Part shown: one piece after another, positions 59,710 through 64,000 of the stretch | How the letters are laid out: each line of letters starts with the position of its first letter | Numbering within the stretch: position 1 is the stretch's first letter | Source of the DNA: an uncultured Ruminiclostridium sp. | GTDB lineage: Bacteria; Bacillota; Clostridia; Oscillospirales; Ruminococcaceae | Reading direction: 5' to 3' | Length of the DNA: 64,000 bases | Assembly (NCBI GenBank): GCA_910579265.1 | Contig: CAJTTE010000004.1 | Coordinates: 30,449-94,448 of the forward strand | Made by a program: the position numbers and the translations under genes | Notes under the pieces: generated by a model | What the model was told of the DNA's origin: nothing | The model's input: only the letters and a program-made list of their open reading frames with translations | Database searches by the model: none

Positions 59710-60888
59710 ATGAATGAGCTTGAACTGAAATACGGCTGCAACCCGAACCAGAAGCCGTCTAAAATTTTTATGGAAAACGGGAAGGAGCTGCCTATCACGG
59801 TGCTTAACGGAAAGCCCGGATATATCAACTTTATGGACGCATTTAACGGCTGGCAGCTTGTAAAGGAGCTGAAAAAAGCAACGGGACTTCCTGCGGCAAC
59901 TTCCTTTAAGCACGTTTCCCCCGCAGGTGCTGCCGTTGGTCTCCCGCTTTCGGACACTCTCAAGAAAATTTATTGGGTAGACGATCTGGGAGAGCTTTCT
60001 CCCTTGGCCTGCGCTTATGCCAGGGCAAGAGGAGCGGACAGAATGAGCAGCTACGGTGATTTTGTGGCGCTTTCGGATAAATGCGATGTTGATACCGCCA
60101 AAATGCTGCAAAGAGAGGTTTCCGACGGAATAATCGCCCCAGGCTATGATGATGAAGCCCTTGAAATTCTTAAATCCAAGAAAAAGGGCAATTATGCCGT
60201 TATTCAGATCGACGAAAATTATGTTCCGGAACAGATCGAGCGCAAGCAGGTTTTCGGCATTACTTTCGAACAGGGCAGAAACGAATTGAAGATAGACGAT
60301 GAGTTTTTCGGCAATATAGTTACGGAAAATAAGGATTTGCCCCAAAGCGCAAAAATCGACCTTGCAATTGCAATGATTACCTTAAAATATACGCAGTCAA
60401 ATTCCGTTGCCTATGCCTGCGGAGGACAGGCTATCGGCATAGGCGCAGGACAGCAGAGCCGTATTCACTGCACAAGGCTTGCGGGAACGAAGGCGGATAA
60501 CTGGTGGCTCAGACAGTCTCCTCAGGTTATGGGGTTACAGTTTATTGACAATATACGCCGCCCCGACCGTGACAACGCTATCGACAACTATATCGGCGAG
60601 GATTATATGGACGTGGTTGCAGACGGCGCATGGCAGAACATTTTTAAGGTCAAGCCCGAAATTTTTACGGCGGAAGAAAAAAGGGTGTGGCTGGATAAGC
60701 TGACCGATGTTTCTCTCGGCTCGGACGCATTCTTCCCCTTCGGAGACAATATAGAAAGAGCGCACAGAAGCGGCGTTAAGTATGTTGCAGAACCCGGCGG
60801 CTCTATACGTGACGACCATGTGATTGAAACCTGCAACAAATACAATATGGTAATGGCGTTTACAGGCATCAGGCTGTTCCACCATTGA
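59710..60888 (+). CDS. purH: AICAR transformylase without the IMP cyclohydrolase domain
   Basis: Begins at LKYGCNPNQ; SFKHVSPAG, KYTQSN, GAGQQSRI, SDAFFPF, PGGSIRD, RLFHH. Confidence 0.92.
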   Translation: MNELELKYGCNPNQKPSKIFMENGKELPITVLNGKPGYINFMDAFNGWQLVKELKKATGLPAATSFKHVSPAGAAVGLPLSDTLKKIYWVDDLGELSPLACAYARARGADRMSSYGDFVALSDKCDVDTAKMLQREVSDGIIAPGYDDEALEILKSKKKGNYAVIQIDENYVPEQIERKQVFGITFEQGRNELKIDDEFFGNIVTENKDLPQSAKIDLAIAMITLKYTQSNSVAYACGGQAIGIGAGQQSRIHCTRLAGTKADNWWLRQSPQVMGLQFIDNIRRPDRDNAIDNYIGEDYMDVVADGAWQNIFKVKPEIFTAEEKRVWLDKLTDVSLGSDAFFPFGDNIERAHRSGVKYVAEPGGSIRDDHVIETCNKYNMVMAFTGIRLFHH

Positions 60889-60912
60889 TGACGGCGGAGA
60901 AAGGGGATAAAA

Positions 60913-61311
60913 GTGAGATACGAATTAACGAGCGAACTGGAAACAGGCAATATATTTATTGATGACGAACACCGTCAGCTTTTCAAGGCAGTGAACGATT
61001 TGCTGGATGCCTGCGGCAAGGGACAGGGACGGGAAGCTCTGAAAAAAACAATGAATTTTCTTTCCAATTATGTTAACACCCACTTTTCACATGAAGAGCG
61101 GCTTCAGGAAAAGAATAACTATCCCGATTTTAAGGCGCATAAGGCGTTTCACGAAAAGTATAAAAGCGATCTGAATGCACTTATGGAAAAAATTCCCGAA
61201 TCAGGGGCGACCGTAGGTGATCTTACGGCTTTAAACGGGCAAATCGGTATTCTTGTTTCCCATATACGAACCGAGGATAAGAGACTGGGTAAGTTTTTAC
61301 AAGGCAAGTGA
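60913..61311 (+). CDS. Bacteriohemerythrin
   Basis: IDDEHRQLF, HFSHEE, HKAFH, HIRTED. Confidence 0.92.
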   Translation: MRYELTSELETGNIFIDDEHRQLFKAVNDLLDACGKGQGREALKKTMNFLSNYVNTHFSHEERLQEKNNYPDFKAHKAFHEKYKSDLNALMEKIPESGATVGDLTALNGQIGILVSHIRTEDKRLGKFLQGK

Positions 61312-61329
61312 CAATATAAATGCCTATCA

Positions 61330-61485
61330 GGGCATATTTGAAAACTGAGCAAAATTGTACGATCCTTATAGATGCGCGGCGGTATCAATGAAAAAGCGGA
61401 GAAATACGGTAAATATTTCGAGCACTTTGACGCAGGAAGCGCTTGCGGTCAGTAGAGTATGCGCGACATTGTTTTTACTACAGCC
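61330..61485 (+). repeat. Family 1 element, copy g (short subtype)
   Basis: TTGAAAAC..GCAAAATTGTACGATC...AAAGCGGAGAAATACGGTAAATATTTCGAGC...CAGCC. Confidence 0.75.
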
Positions 61486-61511
61486 AATAATAAAATAAGG
61501 AGAAAAGCGAG

Positions 61512-62255
61512 ATGACACAGAATATTTTCGACAATGAAAATTTTTTTAACGGCTATCGGGAGCTTAGAAACCATGACACCTGTATGAATGACCTTCTTGA
61601 ACAGCCCGCTATGAAAAAAATGCTGCCTGACCTGAAAGAAAAAACCGTTCTTGATATAGGCTGCGGATACGGTCACAATTGTCTTGATTTCATCGAAAGA
61701 GGGGCAAAAAAGGTTATAGGAATAGATATTTCCGAAAAAATGCTTGACGTTGCGAAAAAAGAGTCTGCAAATCCCGATATAGAGTACAGACAGATGAATA
61801 TGAACCAAATTTCATCTCTGGATACGAAATTCGATTTTGTTTACAGTTCGCTTGCCATTCACTATGCCGAGGATTTTAAAAAACTGATGAGGGATATTTT
61901 CGGAGTTCTGAATAATAACGGAATACTTTTGTATTCACAGGAGCACCCTATCATGACCGCGACGATAGACGAGAATATAAGCCATTTTAACTTTGACGAG
62001 AACGGAAATCGGGTCTCCTTCACCTTTTCGGATTACAACCGCAGCGGAATGAGAAAAATCCATTGGTTTGGCGAGGAGATTATCAAGTATCACCGTCCTA
62101 TGGGTGAAATCCTTACCGGAATAGCCGGCAGCGGTTTTATTATTACCGAAGTGGTTGAGCCTTTGCCCGAGCCTTGGGCAGTGGAAAAAAGCCCTGACAT
62201 TGTCAGGGAGTATATTAAATCGAATTTTCTGATAATCAAAGCGGCGAAAAGATAA
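61512..62255 (+). CDS. Class I SAM-dependent methyltransferase
   Basis: QNIFDNENFF, VLDIGCGYG, SSLAIHY, SQEHP, KYHR. Confidence 0.9.
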   Translation: MTQNIFDNENFFNGYRELRNHDTCMNDLLEQPAMKKMLPDLKEKTVLDIGCGYGHNCLDFIERGAKKVIGIDISEKMLDVAKKESANPDIEYRQMNMNQISSLDTKFDFVYSSLAIHYAEDFKKLMRDIFGVLNNNGILLYSQEHPIMTATIDENISHFNFDENGNRVSFTFSDYNRSGMRKIHWFGEEIIKYHRPMGEILTGIAGSGFIITEVVEPLPEPWAVEKSPDIVREYIKSNFLIIKAAKR

Positions 62256-62534
62256 TATATAAAAGAAAACAAAGATTTTAAAGGCAGGCTGCGGATGAGA
62301 ATATAAGAAGATAATAACCGAGCTGAGCCGTTTCAAAAATCCACGGCGCATAAGGTATTCAAGAAAGCAAAGGCGATTTGAATACACATACGGAAAACGG
62401 TTCCGTATCCGGAGTAAACGCAGGCGCTCTTATGGATTAAAACGGTATGTCAGTGTTTTTGCCGTTTATTATGCACCGAGGATAAGAGACCGGAAATTTT
62501 TTGGCGGAAAAACGATGTTTAGGAAGGAAAAGTC

Positions 62535-63023
62535 ATGAATGTGATTAAATCGGTAAAAGTTGCGGCGATAATCTCCCAAGCAATCCTTATGCTTTGGCTG
62601 CTTCTTACGGTTACGGCTTACTTATTCCAAAGGAAGATTCAATTGCTGTATGAAGGGGGATCTTTTAATACGGAGGCCTTTGAAAATGTATTTGTATTCG
62701 CCCATATTCCTCAGCTTTTGGCATTTGCAGCCGGAATGATTGTTAATTATCTTATGCTGAATAAAAAACGGAGTTTTCGACTTGCGCCTGTAATTATCAT
62801 CTCGATCACAGCCGCGCTCCTTCCTTTGCTTAACCGATTTTGCTTAAACGGTCAGCTGGTTTTCACGGCACATTTAGGCGGGTCGGACAAATTAAGCGTG
62901 TTCAGTCAATTTTGCGAGGTGACTGAGATGCTTATGTACCCTCTGTTTGCGGGACTGATAATTGCATTGGCGGCTTCGGCAGTTTATGCTTACAGTAAAA
63001 GAAATTTACGAAAACAACAATAA
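62535..63023 (+). CDS. Membrane protein of unknown function
   Basis: About four hydrophobic helices; RBS present. Confidence 0.7.
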   Translation: MNVIKSVKVAAIISQAILMLWLLLTVTAYLFQRKIQLLYEGGSFNTEAFENVFVFAHIPQLLAFAAGMIVNYLMLNKKRSFRLAPVIIISITAALLPLLNRFCLNGQLVFTAHLGGSDKLSVFSQFCEVTEMLMYPLFAGLIIALAASAVYAYSKRNLRKQQ

Positions 63024-63046
63024 TAATATTAAAAAGGAATTATGAT

Positions 63047-64000
63047 ATGAAGATTTTAACGGTAGGCGGCGGCGGTCGTGAACACGCAATAATTACTGCA
63101 TTAAGCCGTTCCCCTAAGGTAGAAAAGCTTTACGCAGCTCCAGGAAACGGCGGAATATCGGCAATAGCGGAATGTCATCCGGAAGTAAAAGCTACGGATA
63201 TAGAAGGAATGGTGAGCTTAGCGAAAAAGCTGAAGCCCGACTATGTTTTCGTAGCTCCCGACGATCCTTTGGTAATGGGTATGGTGGACAGGCTGAACGA
63301 GGCGGGCTTCAAGACCTTCGGACCTAAGGCGAAGGCGGCAGTATTAGAGGGCAGCAAGGTATTTTCAAAGGGCTTGATGAAGAAATACGGCATACCCACC
63401 GCCGAATATGAGACCTTTACCGATCCCGATAAAGCCATAGCTTATATAAAGGAAAAAAACAGCTACCCCACAGTAATAAAATGCGACGGTTTAGCCTTGG
63501 GGAAAGGCGTAATTATCGCAGAAGATGAAGCTCAGGCGGTAAATGCGGTAAAATCAATGCTTCTTGACGGAAAGTTCGGCAAAAGCGGAAGTGAAATAGT
63601 TATCGAGGAATACCTGACAGGCCCCGAGGTAACTGTTTTAGCCTTTACCGACGGAAAAACCGTGAAGCCTATGATAAGCTCCATGGATCACAAGCGTGCT
63701 TACGACGGCGACAAGGGCTTAAATACGGGGGGTATGGGTACGATAGCCCCTAATCCCTTATATACCGCCGAAAAACAGGCAGAGTGCATGGAGAAAATTT
63801 TCCTGCCCACTGTCAGAGCCATGGAAAAGGAGGGCAGACCCTTTAAAGGCTGTCTTTACTTCGGCTTAATGCTTACTCCGGGGGGGGCAAGGGTGATAGA
63901 GTACAACTGCCGTTTCGGAGATCCCGAAACGCAGGTGGTATTGCCCTTGCTGGAAACCGACTTGGTTGATATTATGGAGGCGGTTTGGGAGGAAAGGCTT
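63047..64000 (+). CDS. purD: GAR synthetase (runs off the window end)
   Basis: MKILTVGGGGREHA, APGNGG, LEGSK, DGLALGKGV, NTGGMG, EYNCRFGDPE. Confidence 0.96.
   Translation, partial: MKILTVGGGGREHAIITALSRSPKVEKLYAAPGNGGISAIAECHPEVKATDIEGMVSLAKKLKPDYVFVAPDDPLVMGMVDRLNEAGFKTFGPKAKAAVLEGSKVFSKGLMKKYGIPTAEYETFTDPDKAIAYIKEKNSYPTVIKCDGLALGKGVIIAEDEAQAVNAVKSMLLDGKFGKSGSEIVIEEYLTGPEVTVLAFTDGKTVKPMISSMDHKRAYDGDKGLNTGGMGTIAPNPLYTAEKQAECMEKIFLPTVRAMEKEGRPFKGCLYFGLMLTPGGARVIEYNCRFGDPETQVVLPLLETDLVDIMEAVWEERL

Overview
64 kb of chromosome from an anaerobic Firmicute, most likely Ruminococcaceae/Oscillospiraceae-like (inferred from gene content and protein style). Housekeeping genes: the [FeFe]-hydrogenase maturation genes (TM1266-type regulator, hydE, hydG), a Rex-boxed iron alcohol dehydrogenase, paaK with a Na+/solute symporter, an EF-G paralogue, rimI, polA, ppk1, pyrG, a sugar ABC transporter and a pur operon. 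The pur operon is interleaved with about ten unrelated cargo genes. The accessory layer is the notable part. (1) There are three ECF sigma/anti-sigma pairs sharing a promoter motif. Two face each other across an AT-rich cassette bounded by identical in-frame 21-bp inverted repeats inside the anti-sigma genes, a candidate sensor-swapping invertible segment; the cassette carries a G1 peptidase homologue lacking the catalytic Glu. Two of the sigmas appear to start at AUA and the third is frameshifted in a T7 tract. (2) Two parallel loci have an internally deleted C39-like peptidase followed by an intact related lipoprotein. (3) At least 13 dispersed 140-185 bp palindromic intergenic elements in four families share a covarying apical hairpin. 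(4) There are also two tandem arrays, an attenuator-like leader before the hyd operon and an orphan degenerate TPP-riboswitch-like motif. No rRNA, tRNA, CRISPR array, transposase or integrase was recognised.
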